Assembly: GCF_009914755.1 (NCBI RefSeq)
Contig: NC_060937.1
Strand: one strand, 5' to 3'
DNA from: the human T2T-CHM13v2.0 reference genome, Homo sapiens
Length of the DNA stretch: 64,000 nt
Under the pieces are notes generated by a model. That model did not search any database. It was given only the letters and a program-made list of their open reading frames with translations, and was not told the DNA's origin. Each line of letters begins with the position of its first letter. The first letter of the stretch is position 1. Shown one piece after another: positions 30,440-44,648 of the stretch. The translations under genes were made by a program, and so were the position numbers.

Positions 30440-31788
30440 CTAACTGTAATTTCCTTCAGTAAGGATAACAAACTTTCTTAGAGGTACACTGTTCAAGGCC
30501 CAGAACACAGTGGACCTATTTGAAAAAGGAGCAATTAATTGTTAAATGAACCACGAACTAGAAGATAAGTTCTTCCACTTATCCTTTGTCCATGTGCAAA
30601 GTAATTATTTTTACCTTGAGTTGATTTTTCTATAATCTCATTACCTTATGAAGAAGTGTTTTGTTCATGAAAATATGAAGCGTGTTGTTATTGATACTTG
30701 ACCGCACCATCACCAAGGGCAATATACTATTTTTCTTGTTATGGTGCCCAAGAGACAGCCACTCTCTGCAAAAATTATTCCTTCTAAAATTGCTTTTGAG
30801 AATTTTTCAACACATCACTTATCCTTATAAGTATTTCAGAACTCATCATTGAGGGCAATTATTTTTTTCCTGTATTTTTTTTCTCTTGAATATTTATTGT
30901 ATCCAAAGGTGAGGAACACGAATTCCAAAGATGATTCACATAAAAATATCAGATTGCTGTATTTTCTTCAATGAAGGTATCGGTGTGAAAACATGTACAT
31001 ATCCTGGAGATTCAACAGCAATAGGTGAAGAGTCAAAATGCCTGCCAGTATAAAAGAAATTTCACTGGACATGGCTTTCTTTCCCCAAAAGTAGCAGGAC
31101 AACTCATGATTAAGCCCAACAGATTTATTTTGGTATCTGGAGACTAAAAATGTAAGTGCACCTTTCAGCTGTCTTGGGCATGAACCAGCTGATGTTTTCT
31201 CATCTGTTGCATTACATTTGATCAACACAGTAGCTGCTTGGGAACGTGGAGTTATGGGATTGTAATCTGTTGTTGTGAGATAAGCGATGTGGGCAAGAGC
31301 ACTGGGGTTATCCTCTTTTCATTTCAGAGTCTCGGGAGAAAAAAAAATCGAATTTCCACACAGCTCAACCACCTGAAAGCTCATATTGTGAGATGCACTA
31401 AATTATATTTGCGAACAAGGCTTTCTGTGACAATGGGATCTGTGTGTTTATGGCTGCTGAAATGAATAAACCAATGAAAGGTAGTGCCAACAAATACTTC
31501 TATTAGAGGCTGAAAATTAACTTGTGTCTTGCTTGAAGGGTGCCTTATCAGTTTTGTGGAGATTTTTATCCAGAAATTTAAATTCAAATGGTAGTGTGCT
31601 TGAGATAGTGACTCAAGTGCACTTACTGACTTACATTGTCCGTAGGGCCTGTGCTCTTTATTTATTCAAACAAGGATTATTAGTGGTTACTAAAGGTTTG
31701 ATGCATTGGGGATTGAGTGGAGTAAGACATAGTTTCTTCCCTTAAGAATTGTATAATTGAGAGGGGAAGAAAAAGATGAACAGGATCA

Positions 31789-32404
<616 letters not shown>

Positions 32405-35211
32405 TTATCTGCCATGTATGTTCAGTGCATTTTCCCCTATACATTTCTTATATTTTTGCAAAGATCAGTTTTAAATTTCAGTGTGGTCTAATTTGTCATT
32501 CCTTTTAAGTGTTTTTATTTTGCTTAAAAAGACTTCTCTCACTGCATGATTAGACATAAATTTACCCATGGTTTTATGCAGTAGTTTGACACTTTCCTTG
32601 CTTTATTATTTTAAACATGTTGAACCTGAATTGGCTGTTTAAATCAGTTTAAATCTGAAATTTATTTTGGTATAAGTAATGAGACAGGAATTTTTTGTTT
32701 TCACTTCTGATGGCGTTATGCCTATCCCTATTTAGGATTTCTTGATTTATCCACTTTAGACATAGACTTCTGCTATGATATGTGAAGATTTCATTCAGGC
32801 ACAACATCACTCCCCACTTCCCTTAACCACTCCCAAATTTGGATGTAAATCTCGATTTCTTTTTCCATCAAACTAGAAAGACTTGACCCCTTCCAGTGTG
32901 AGATGAAGGTATTACCATTGCCACTTGTCAGGTCACCTCTTCTCTCTGCTTTCATTTTCCATCTCGTGTCATGTATACATTTATATCCTCAAGTTTGACA
33001 ATATTTACATTTTGTTTTTCTATCATAATTGGGTCATCCGTGCTTCTCAGCAGGTTGATAATCAATATGTTGATAGTCAATGTTTCCTATGAAAACATTG
33101 CTCACTCTTGGGCCAGGTAATGTTCTAAAATTATACTTCCCCCTCCAAGACTCTATTAGACAGTAAATGGTCAAGGTTAAATGGAACCTTCCTTACTTTC
33201 CATTAATTGCTCAGAATCTGGGCCAATTTAACTCACGTTATTTGAGCCATTTTTTTTTAATACAATCTTTGGTTTGGTTTTGTTTTTGCTGAGATTTTCT
33301 GACTATTTCTCACATGTCTCATTGGGAAAATAAATATATTCTTTCTTTCTTCTATCTCAAGTAGCTTCCAGATTCTCACACATTACACTTATCATTTAGA
33401 ATAAACCCTTCTTACTATCCTGCAGATGTTCTTTCTTTAAACCATCAATTGCCCAGAAACCATTTGATTCTTACTCTCATAGATATTATTCTTGGGGTCC
33501 TCTCACTACCTGTTTTAATTTGAACTAATTTCTTTCTAGACTGGTTCCACAGTTGCCAAAATTTCCACTTTTAACATTATTATCTAGATCTTTCATTCTT
33601 TCTAATACAGGGGCAGAGAATTATTCCAGATATCTCATCCCACTCATTAGCATCCTTTTTCAATTTATCAACGAGGTTTTCTTCTCTGTGTTTTACTGTT
33701 TCAGTATGAGGAGAGGGGTACAGGGAGAGAAGTATTAGCTGAGGCTGTGTATGGGCAATTATGCTTGAAATATCAGGCTTCAGATATTTCTTCAATTCAG
33801 GTAGGTTCAGGAAATCTTTATTGCAGCCAGAACTAATCAGTCCTAAGTGTTCACTTCCCCAAATTCACTGGCCTCTCTCCAGCCATCATTCCCACTCCAC
33901 TGACTCCAGGTGAGGGAGAAGTCAATGTCCTCCTGTTGGTTTTGGTTCTCTGTATGGGCGAATAGGACAACTCCTGGGGCTTTCGACACCCCTCTTTATC
34001 CTGAGCTTCCTGTACTCTTGAAGCTTCTGTTTTTGTCTCTTCATATTTTCATTATGCTACATTTTTGTAGCAGAATGGGAGATGATTCATTTTCAGAAGG
34101 TATGACATTTTGCCTTCACTCTCAAGCCTCCTCAGCTGAAAAAAATAAAAATGGTGAGATCTAGTGGATTATTTTGCCTCTGGAACAAGTGGCTTCTATA
34201 CATGAGTGGTTCTTATCACTTTCCAGGGCTCTGCATAGCCCTTTGGCCACAGACTTCACAGATTGGGGAATTTGAGTATACGGTTTCGTTGTTTTTCCAA
34301 GTTTATTTCTTCTTAACTTCTTCCAGAAGACAGTCTTAAGGGATGAGCCTAGAATATTCATGTTCTCTCTCATTCTCTTCTCCTCCTCCGCGACCCTTTC
34401 CTTTTCCTCCTCCTTCATCTTTCTCTTCTTTTCTTTCCTCCTAGCTGCTATTCGGAGAAAATGGCATGAAATTGTAGCTCTTCCTTACTGTAGTTATGCT
34501 GGTATAATTTTCTCAGGTCATTTTATTCATTTCCTTAGGTTTTATTAGCAGGGGAGTTGGGTAATTTTGCTATTTTACCCCTCAAGTCCAAACCTATACA
34601 TGTAAGTATGAGTAAACAACTGTGTTTACAAGTGCTATTTTGTTTGCTGCTAGTAACATTATCACATATTAAACATCACTATACGGGTCAATCACTGTTA
34701 ATGCTGCAGATGCCTCCCTGCTGATAACTGCACCAGGGATGAGCAGTTTACTTGAGAATGGTCCAGTTTGCTATGAGGTGATCTGGAACAAGCAACTCTA
34801 CCCTGCCAGGGAAGAAATAAGTAAATCAAAAGCATCTCTAGTGAATTTTAATGGGAAACTATGAAGAAAAATCAGATTGCCAACAGTAGGCTCTGGAAGT
34901 GAACAAATGAATGGAGATCAGCCATGCAGTTGAGTGGGACAACAAAAGGGAAATTACAAAGTCAAAGTTGCCAGCACATTGATGTTCCCAGGAATCAGTC
35001 TCTGCATGAACAGAATTTAAGTGGAAAAGAAAACATATTGAATAAACAGACTGCAATGATTTTTACCTAATGGAGAAGAAAGATTTTGAAAATAATGAGC
35101 TGAGTTCAGTTGTTGTTTCTAATTAGAGTGTATCATCTTCCTTGGATATATGAGAACAGGGTGAGAACCAGAGAGTAGAGGGTGAAAGCACAACAGGAAT
35201 GTATGAGGAAT

Positions 35212-36386
35212 CTTATGCAAAAATTAATTCAAGATGGAATAAAGACTTAAATGTCAGACATAAAACCATGAAAACCCTAGAAGAAAACCTAGGCAATACC
35301 ATTCAGGACATAGGCATGGGCAAAGACTTCATGTCTAAAACACCAAAAGGAATGGCAACAAAACCCAAAATTGACAAATGGGATCTAATTAAACTAAAGA
35401 GCTTCTGCACAGCAAAAGAAACTACCATCAGAGTGAACAGGCAACTTACAGAATGGGAGAAAATTTTTGCAATCTACTCATCTGACAAAGGGCTAATATC
35501 CAGAATCTACAATGAACTCAAACAAATTATAAGAAGAAAACAAACAACCCCATCAAAAAGTGGGCAAAGGATTTGAACAGACACTTTTCAAAAGAAGACA
35601 TTTATGCAGCCAACAGACACATGAAAAAATGCTCATCATCACTGGCCATCAGAGAAATGCAAATCAAAACCATAATGAGATACTATCTCACACCAGTTAG
35701 AATGGCGATCATTAAAAAGTCAGGAAACAACAGGTGCTGGAGAGGATGTGGAGAAATACGAACACTTTTACACTGTTGGTGGGACTGCAAACTAGTTCAA
35801 CCATTGTGGAAGTCAGTGTGGCAATTCCTCAGGGATCTAGAACTAGAATTACCATTTGACCCAGCCATCCCATTACTGGGTATATACTCACAGGATTATA
35901 AATCATTCTGCTATAAAGACACATGCATATGTATGTTTATTGTGGCACTATTCACAATAGCAAAGACTTGGAACCAACCCAAATGTCCAACAATGATAGA
36001 CTGGATTAAGAAAATGTGGCACATATACACCATAGAATACTATGCAGCCATAAAATTGATGAGTTCATGTCCCTTGTAGGGACATGGATGAAGCTGGAAA
36101 CTATCATTCTCAGCAAACTATCACAAGGACAAAAGTCAAACACTGCACTTTCTCACTCATAGGTGGGAACTGAATAATGAGAACACATGGACACAGGAAG
36201 GGGAACATCACACACTGGGGCCTGTTGTGGGGTGGGGGGAGGTGGGAGGTATAGCATTAGGAGATATAGCTAATGTAAATGACAAGTTAATGGGTACAGC
36301 ACACCAACATGGCATATATATACATATGTAACAAACCTGCACATTGTGCACATGTACCCTAAAATTTAAAGTATAATAAAAAAAAG
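35212..36386 (+). mobile_element. 5'-truncated L1PA (ORF2 C-terminal relic and 3' UTR)
   Basis: ORFs 35199-35576 and 35573-36079 translate as frameshifted L1 ORF2p ([13 protein letters not shown]...; CWRGCGE...HCWWDC); G-rich 3' UTR and A tail. Confidence 0.97.
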
Positions 36387-36404
36387 AGTTGGAAAAAATA
36401 AATA

Positions 36405-36890
36405 AATAAATCATGCTGCTATAAAGACACATGCACACATATGTTTACTGTGGCACTATTCACAATAGCAAAGACTTGGAACCAACCCAAATGTCCAACA
36501 ATTATAGACTGGATTAAGAAAATGTGGCACATATACACAATGGAATACTATGCAGCCATAAAAAATGATGAGTTCATGTCCTTTGTAGGGACATGGATGA
36601 AGCTGGAAACCATCATTCTCAGCAAACTATCGCAAGGACAAAAAACCAAACACCGCATGTTCTCACTCATAGGTGGGAATTGAACAATGAGAACACTTGG
36701 ACACAGGAAGGGGAACATCACACACTGGGGCCTGTTGTGGGGTGGGGGGAGGGGGGAGGGATAGCATTAGGAGATATAGCTAATGTAAATGACGAGTTAA
36801 TGGGTGCAGCACACTAACATGGCACATGTATACATATGTACAAACCTGCACGTTGTGCACATGTACCCTAGAACTTAGAGTATAAATAAA
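36405..36890 (+). mobile_element. Second L1PA 3' end (~480 bp) directly behind the first
   Basis: Repeats 35899-36380 at an offset of ~510 bp; ORF 36441-36683 is the ORF2p C-terminus (...KHRMFSLIGGN). Confidence 0.97.
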
Positions 36891-37039
36891 TATATATATA
36901 TAGAAATGTCACAGGGATGCTCCGGGTGAAAACACAGAGAAAAGCAGTGAACAAGCATCTTTCAGTCACCAAAAGAGCCAGAGCACTGCACTACAGAGCC
37001 ACAAAATCCAATGCCAGCCCTTTGCATGCTCCTTTGCTG

Positions 37040-37530
37040 GTTTCTCTTCAATTTCCTAATGTCTAAATGTTACAGAGCTCCAGTACTTGACCTCAGATCT
37101 TTTCTTATATCTCAATACTCACTACCTGCTTGATCTCATCCATTGTAATGCCTTCACATCCCTTGTATGTTCTGATGACTTCCACAGTTATATTTCCAGC
37201 CCCACCTCCAGAATCAACTCCACATTTTTACTTGGACAGATGTTAGATAACAGGAATCTCAAGTATTTGATGTGTCATATGAAACTCCTCATGCCCCACT
37301 TTCAAACCTGTTCTTTCTGCACTCCTTCCCAGCCAAGAAAATGGCAAATCTATTCTTCAAGTTATTCAGGCCAATGACCCTGAAGACATCTTTGGTTCAT
37401 CTCATTTCCTCACATCCTACATCCAATCTTTCAGGAAATCCTGCTAAATCCAACCTTAGTCCTTGCTTCCAGTTCTGCATTTGTCCCTGATCTTCCTTGA
37501 TATTACTTCCAAAACAGATAACATTTTTCC
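37040..37530 (+). mobile_element. L2 fragment
   Basis: gatctcatccattg...tctgatgacttccac...atatttccagccc...cctacatccaatct. Confidence 0.7.
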
Positions 37531-38244
37531 CCTAAATGCCCTCACGCTTTGGTGCTGTATTTTCCGGTTATAAGTTGAGATTAAGAGCGTCGGATAAAAA
37601 TAAGACCACCAAAGAGGGAAGAAAGGGGGATAAGCAAAAGTTTCCACAGCTTCTCTTTTGTTCCTAGCACCCCTTAAACATCAACATAGGTGGGCTAGGC
37701 CATGTTGCCTACACTAGGCTTCCCACAGGGCCACTGAGGACCCATGCCATAGGGTCATGGCAGAGCCAGATCATCAATAGCAGAAGATCCTTTTCTCTCT
37801 CAAGCCCCAAGAACCCATTTCTGACCCTAAATATCTCTAATAGACTTCCTTAGAGTTAGGTGAAGGCAAAGCAAGGGTATTTTCCTATGCTGAAATAAAC
37901 AGGCTGAAAGATCATGCAAAGGAGTTTTAAGCCCTTAAAAAATATCATGGATGACCTTTGAAATTTGATGACTCAATGCATATTTTGGTATTTTAGTATG
38001 TGTGGATATCAATTTAAGTTCAAACATAGTCAAATATTAAGAAAAAGTAGAATGGTTAAACATCTTGGGTTTTGGTCAAAGTAGAGTAAGTAGAATATAT
38101 AGTACCATCCCTTTGCTATATCCCAAGCACATAGATATGCTTTTGTGTGCATATAAATGCTTGAAAGTGTATACAATAAACCTGTAACTCTAAGGACTAG
38201 AATGGAAAGGACTAAGGAACTATGGAAGGGGTCTATACTATTTT

Positions 38245-38735
38245 TTTTGACTTTTAAAAGAAATAGGTTTTTGAGATACAATTTGCATACCATAAAGTTC
38301 ACCTTTTAAAGTGTACGATTAAGTGGGTTTTAGTTTATTCACATGGTTGTGCAGCCATTACCACTATCTAATTTAAGAACATTCTCTTTATCCCCAAAAG
38401 AAGCTACATACTTGTTAGCTGTCATTCTCCATTCCTCCCTCCCTCAGCCTTTGGAAATCAAAGACATCTACTTTCTGTCTCTATGGCTTTTTGTACTCTG
38501 GATATTTTCTATAAATGGAATCACCCAATATGTGGCCAGGGGTCATCCATGTTGTAGTATGCATCGGAACTTCATTCCCTTTTGTTGCCAAATAATATTT
38601 TATTAATGGATATACCACATTTTACCTATTTATCAGTTGATATTTGGGTTGTTTCCACCTTTTGGCTATTATGAATAATGCTGTTATGAACATTTATATA
38701 CAAGTTTTTGTGTAAACATATGTTTTGATAAATTA
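38245..38735 (-). mobile_element. L1MB-like 3' fragment
   Basis: ttgagatacaatttgcataccataaagttcaccttttaaagtgtac...ttttggctattatgaataatgctgttatgaacatt. Confidence 0.85.
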
Positions 38736-40211
38736 CTTCTGACTTTTTTTTTACTGTTTGTACTAAAATACGTGTAAAATGTACATTTTTTCATTTAAAA
38801 ATATATACACTAAAAATGTTAAAATGTGGTGGGGAATACAACTCGTATCATCCACATATAACTTTGATTTTACAACATAACTTGTATCAACTTTTTAAAT
38901 CTTTAACTGGTTTCAAGAACTCTTTCTCTACAAAAAAAGTTGCTTTCAAAATAAAATCTACTTGATGATTTATATAGTAGCTCAACCTTTTTATTGAGAG
39001 AGTCCCTGTTATATCTTACTATAAGACAGCCCTAAAATAGAAGACTTGCCTTGATGGTATTCACTGAGTGCAAAAGTGACTTCTCTTCTGTTTTTAATTG
39101 CCTTAATGATTCATTTACTCAGTCTCCTTGTTTCGATTTTTCCCAAACAGCAATAATTAGTAGAATAGTTTTATCTTCAGAAAAACCCACTGACCTCATA
39201 ATCCGTTAATATTTTGTTTTATAATTCCTTTGCTTTTATTTAAAACTTAATTCAGCTATTCAAAGCTACAGCAATATTTAGGATAATATTGATATACAGT
39301 AAATGCTGGTCGTACCTAATGTTGGGGTTACATTTCTAAAAAGTATATTGGTTGGCAAAGTCATAACTGACGGGATGAAGATCTTGTGGAGAATTAGGGG
39401 TTAAGGAAAACCAATGAAGATGACATGAAATGTATTTAAAATCCTATGGTAAATAAAAGCTCCAGAAGCCACAACTTACTATGGCTAAACTAAATTGTAC
39501 CTAAATACACATAGTGTGGATTTGGAATTTGGAGTATAAATATAGTACTGTTGGTTAGAGCCATTGACCATAGCTATTTCTTTATTTCAGATCCCTCCAA
39601 TTCAATCACACTCTTCCCAGTTCTTCAAATTCCATCTCTCTGTCTTTTTTTGTGAAACCCTCAGGAAAAATATCGATTCCTAGGTGAATCTGATACTCCA
39701 TGGCTGCCCCTAGCCATCCAGCTGCCCTGTGGAGAGAGCTATATCCCAGGGAAATGGGTTCCCTCCTCACACAGCCTCCAAAGGGACTTCGACACTGCCA
39801 ACAAAGCTCCTGCTCCCATTAGTACATGCCTATCAGCCAGGAGCTTTTCAAAGCTGCTCCCCCTGGTGTAACTTCAGCCACCTCCATCACTGCTCTCACT
39901 CTAAAGAGATCACCTTTCTAGAAGGAATGGCTGAGGGACTGCGTTTAAGATAGAGATTGAATCGCTGAGTATGCAGACCAGGATGCTCTGTAAGCCAGCA
40001 GATCAGTGAGGTCAAGAACCAAGTACTCAGCCTCTGCTTTCACAGCGTCTGAGTCTAAGTCACCGACTTACTTAACGGCTTTGGGAAAAACATTCAGCCG
40101 TCCTGAGACCAGCCTTTCTCAAATATGCAATCCCATTGTCACTCGAAGATTGTTTTGAAAATCAAAATAACATATATGTGAATACTTTAAAAATAATAAA
40201 GCATTATATAA

Positions 40212-40627
<416 letters not shown>

Positions 40628-43600
40628 TGACTTAAAATGTTTGGTCATATATGGTGTGATTCCATTTTTATAAAGTTCAAAAATTATAAAGGATAAACTA
40701 TTTTTTAAGGAATTTCTTTTAGATACATAATTTTGAAAATTTGACAGTGTTTTCAAAGACATTATTTCCTTTCATCTTTGAAGTACACGATACATATCTT
40801 CCAGCTATAAAGGTCTACTATTCTATAATCTATTAACTGTTAATGACAGTCAATTGGAAAATTTTGTTTTTTTTACAATATACTTTCCAGTCTATTTTTC
40901 CAAGCCAGATCTTACCTATAAAAGTTAAACAAAGAAGCTACAGTGACTTCTTACTAATAGATGCTATGAATTGCCTTTTGGTGCTGTCAACTCATCAGGG
41001 TCTTCTACTGAATCAACAGTAAAAATTGCAGTTGGCAAATTGACTGAAAATAAGGAGGCAGGTAAATTAAGTGCTTTGCTCTATGTCGTAAGTCATCACA
41101 TGACTGGATGTTAAAACGCAATGGAACACTAACTGAATTTTGGTGTAGGGTCCTAGTCTGGGGAGTTTAATTATGAGTGACTTTTAAATGATAAAGATTT
41201 TGTAGCTATTTTTATACATATCTCTCTATGTATGAACTCTTTTGGAATTAGAGATCTGTTGAAGTCAATTACCTTTATGTTAATAGAACTTAGGCGTTTA
41301 AAATATCACTGTATCTGTAAAATAATTCCTTATTCCTTGTGATTTAGGAGGAAATAAAGTTGAAACTGGTGGTTTCAGTTAATTCTGTGACTGCCTTTTA
41401 TGTTGGCAAGAAAGACCAAGTAGTTCTTTTTTCAAAATGAACCCACATTATTTATTTTGCTTTTACAATTCCCAAAATATGCTTGTTGCCAAGCATACCA
41501 CTTAAATGAATAAAGAGAGAGGAGAAAAAAACTGTTTATTGTTCAAATTTTAGATGACTAAGGAAAAGTCTTCTGAATCTAGACTTTTGTAATTGGCCTT
41601 AAATGTCAAAATGAGCTTGAACATAATTAGAAGCAAAGCAGACATCAGAACATTATGCCTATTCCAGCAGCAAATTACTTTAAGTGGAGTCTACACTTAA
41701 ATATAATTTCAAGAGTAAAAGAAAAAAAAAGTAACAGAAGCACATTGGCAAAAACCAGCGAATCTTTTTGCTAGTTATGAAAATATATGTAGGTATGTCC
41801 AATTGTCTCTTTCCTTGGCTATGCTTGGGTTAACTTTTATGTATTATACCATAAATGACAGCTGGACAAGGTCATGAATTTGTACTAGGATTTCATTGCA
41901 GCTAAGATGAAATGATATGAGAACAGGCACTGAACCAGGACTAGCATTTGTATGGTGCTTTGCAATTCCCACAGTAGTTAATTGTCCATTATTTAATATA
42001 ATCTTAGCAATGACCCTGTGAAGTGATTACTGTAGATATAATGGCCCCTACTGCAGATGGAGAGCTGAAGTACATAGGGTTTAAATCAAGAACTCCAGCT
42101 TACAGGTAGCAAATGGTGTTGCTCAGTATCCAGGCTGAGATCTCTTGACTTTGATTCCTTCTGTGCTCTTGGGTGTTACAGGTAAAAGACATTTAAGATC
42201 TAATAATTGCTGATCCCTTTCCATTATTAAAATTAATAAAACAAAGAACATACATGCATATTCTCAGCAATATCTAAAAATTTTAATCCTCTTTTTTCCA
42301 GCACACCTATATTGCACTCCATATAATGCTTGGCTGATTAATGAAAAATAGATATCCTCAGTATTTTTTACTCTTTGCTAAAATAAGCTCTACTGATTAA
42401 CATTTTTATGTATGAACACATAACCTTTTTATTTTTATGAAAATATAAAATTACAAAATATATTTTAATAATAAAAATATTTCAGTAATTTGAGACTTAA
42501 AGTTCCTGTATTAGAAATATTTATTTTAAGGAAAAATATCAAGATCAACTGAATGAACTTATATTTTACCCCTGACAATCTTTCTTGCAGAGCATGGTAT
42601 TTTTAGTTGAAAGGTATACTTCCCACCGATTATGTTAAAATAATGTTGAACTGCAACCGTCTAGCTGACAACAAACAGCTGTGAAAATGAGACCTGGAGA
42701 TTTATGCAAATAGGGGACTTTTGAATTAATGCTCTTCATAGAACAGACTGTCAAGTTTCTTGGAGTACTTATGACCTATTTCTTAATAAGAGATTTTGCT
42801 AATGTCAGCCATATTACATTTTTATAAGTTAAATGCATTTCATTGTCAATCAAATATGTGCTATAAAATTGTACATGAAATTGATATTTTCATTTCAGTG
42901 CAATGATAATTACTAATATATACAAAACAGTGCTTCGAAAAACACAGATGTATGCCCCATTGTTAAATGGAGGATTAATTAAAAATATTTCCGTAACTAA
43001 AACAGCACAGAATCTACATAGGAAATTTCACTATGTTCTCGCAATACTATGCTCAAAAATAATATTTTTATATTTAGCTTTAAATAGAAAGCAGCTTTGG
43101 TCAGAGAAATGCTTATGTTTTGCATATTAAAATAAACCACACTTCAGACATGGAGTTTGCCTGGCTATTGTTCTTCTCTTTACAAATGTGGAAATATGAC
43201 TACTATTTTCTCTGCTCATTTCCTCATGCCCAATACTTAATTTTTAAAAGTTTTAAATCTGAGATTTTCTAAAATCTCACCCAATTCCTGCCTTCCTCCC
43301 TCCCTGTATCTTTCTCTTATCATGTGAAAAAGTAACCTGTGTAATCAACTTTGATTTCTCATTTCTCTTCACTAAGCTCACAAATAAAGAGCTTTATCAA
43401 AAATGATGTGGTCTTTTGCAGATATAAATTTCAAAGCCACACTTCTAATAGTGCTTATTTAGTACTTTAATACCTTAAAAATAAACTTGATAGCTGTTTA
43501 TGAATAAACACTTAATTGAAATTATTTTACTTTAATAAAATATTTTACAAGTCAAAAACCTAAATTAGTTTTATTGTAAATATAACTAGCATGTCCGTGT

Positions 43601-44648
43601 GTGTGTGTATTTTCTTTCTTTTAGAACTTTACCTGTTCATGTACTTGCCATTTAAAAAATAGTTTTTTTCTCACTGATGTTTAACTATAAAGTAAGGTTT
43701 TATATCTATTTGTTTATCAGTCCACCTGTTTCCATTTTTGAAGATTTTCATAGTAAAAAATCTCAAAATACCAAAATATATGAAGCATAAAATAATTCAA
43801 ACAACAGGTTTTTTAAATATATATATATATATATACACATATAACAAAAAATGTATATATTTTGTTTTGTAATTTAAACATTCTATCAGTTTGTTTCTAG
43901 GCATACAAATGTACTTGAATCAAAATTGAATTCAGCTGCAAATATAGTTTGGTAAAATTTTTAAAAATATTTTATCATCACCATTTCTCTCACTCATGAC
44001 TTACATCACTAATTAGTCTATAAAAATATAGTTTTGATAATTGCATGATAAACCACTATATTTCAAAATTTACTTAGTCATTCTACTATGGTTGGACAGA
44101 AAAACTGTTTCAAAATTTTCAAAACAGTAAATAATGCAACAAAAAACATTTTTTGAAGATCAATCTTTGTATGCATCTCAGGTTACTTTCTTAGGAGAGA
44201 TTTTTATAAATGCAATTAGAAGATCAAAGGATAAGATGCTTTTTAGTGTCATTTTATATAATAAAAAACCAATTCTCAGAAAAGTTACACAAATTTTCAC
44301 TGCCACATGCAATATATCACAGTATCTGTGCTTCCTTGCCAGCAGTGTGCATTGTTGATAACAAAAACCAAATATAGCAAATAAATCTTGTCCATTTGAC
44401 ATTTTCTTACTGAAATGGTAAGTTAAGGTTGTATTTCATATTTTGTTTAGAAAATATTTTTGGTGGTTATTTTTGACTTGTTTAAAAATTCAAATTCATT
44501 CTTCTTTGTAATTGATTTTATTCTGTTAGGCTTAGGTGGCCTTTGACTATCCAAGATTAAGATTTTATTTTCTTTTTGTTCTCTACATTTTTCATTCTTT
44601 AAATATCCTTGCTCTAATTCATCAAGAAAATGTTTTGATACATAGTAT

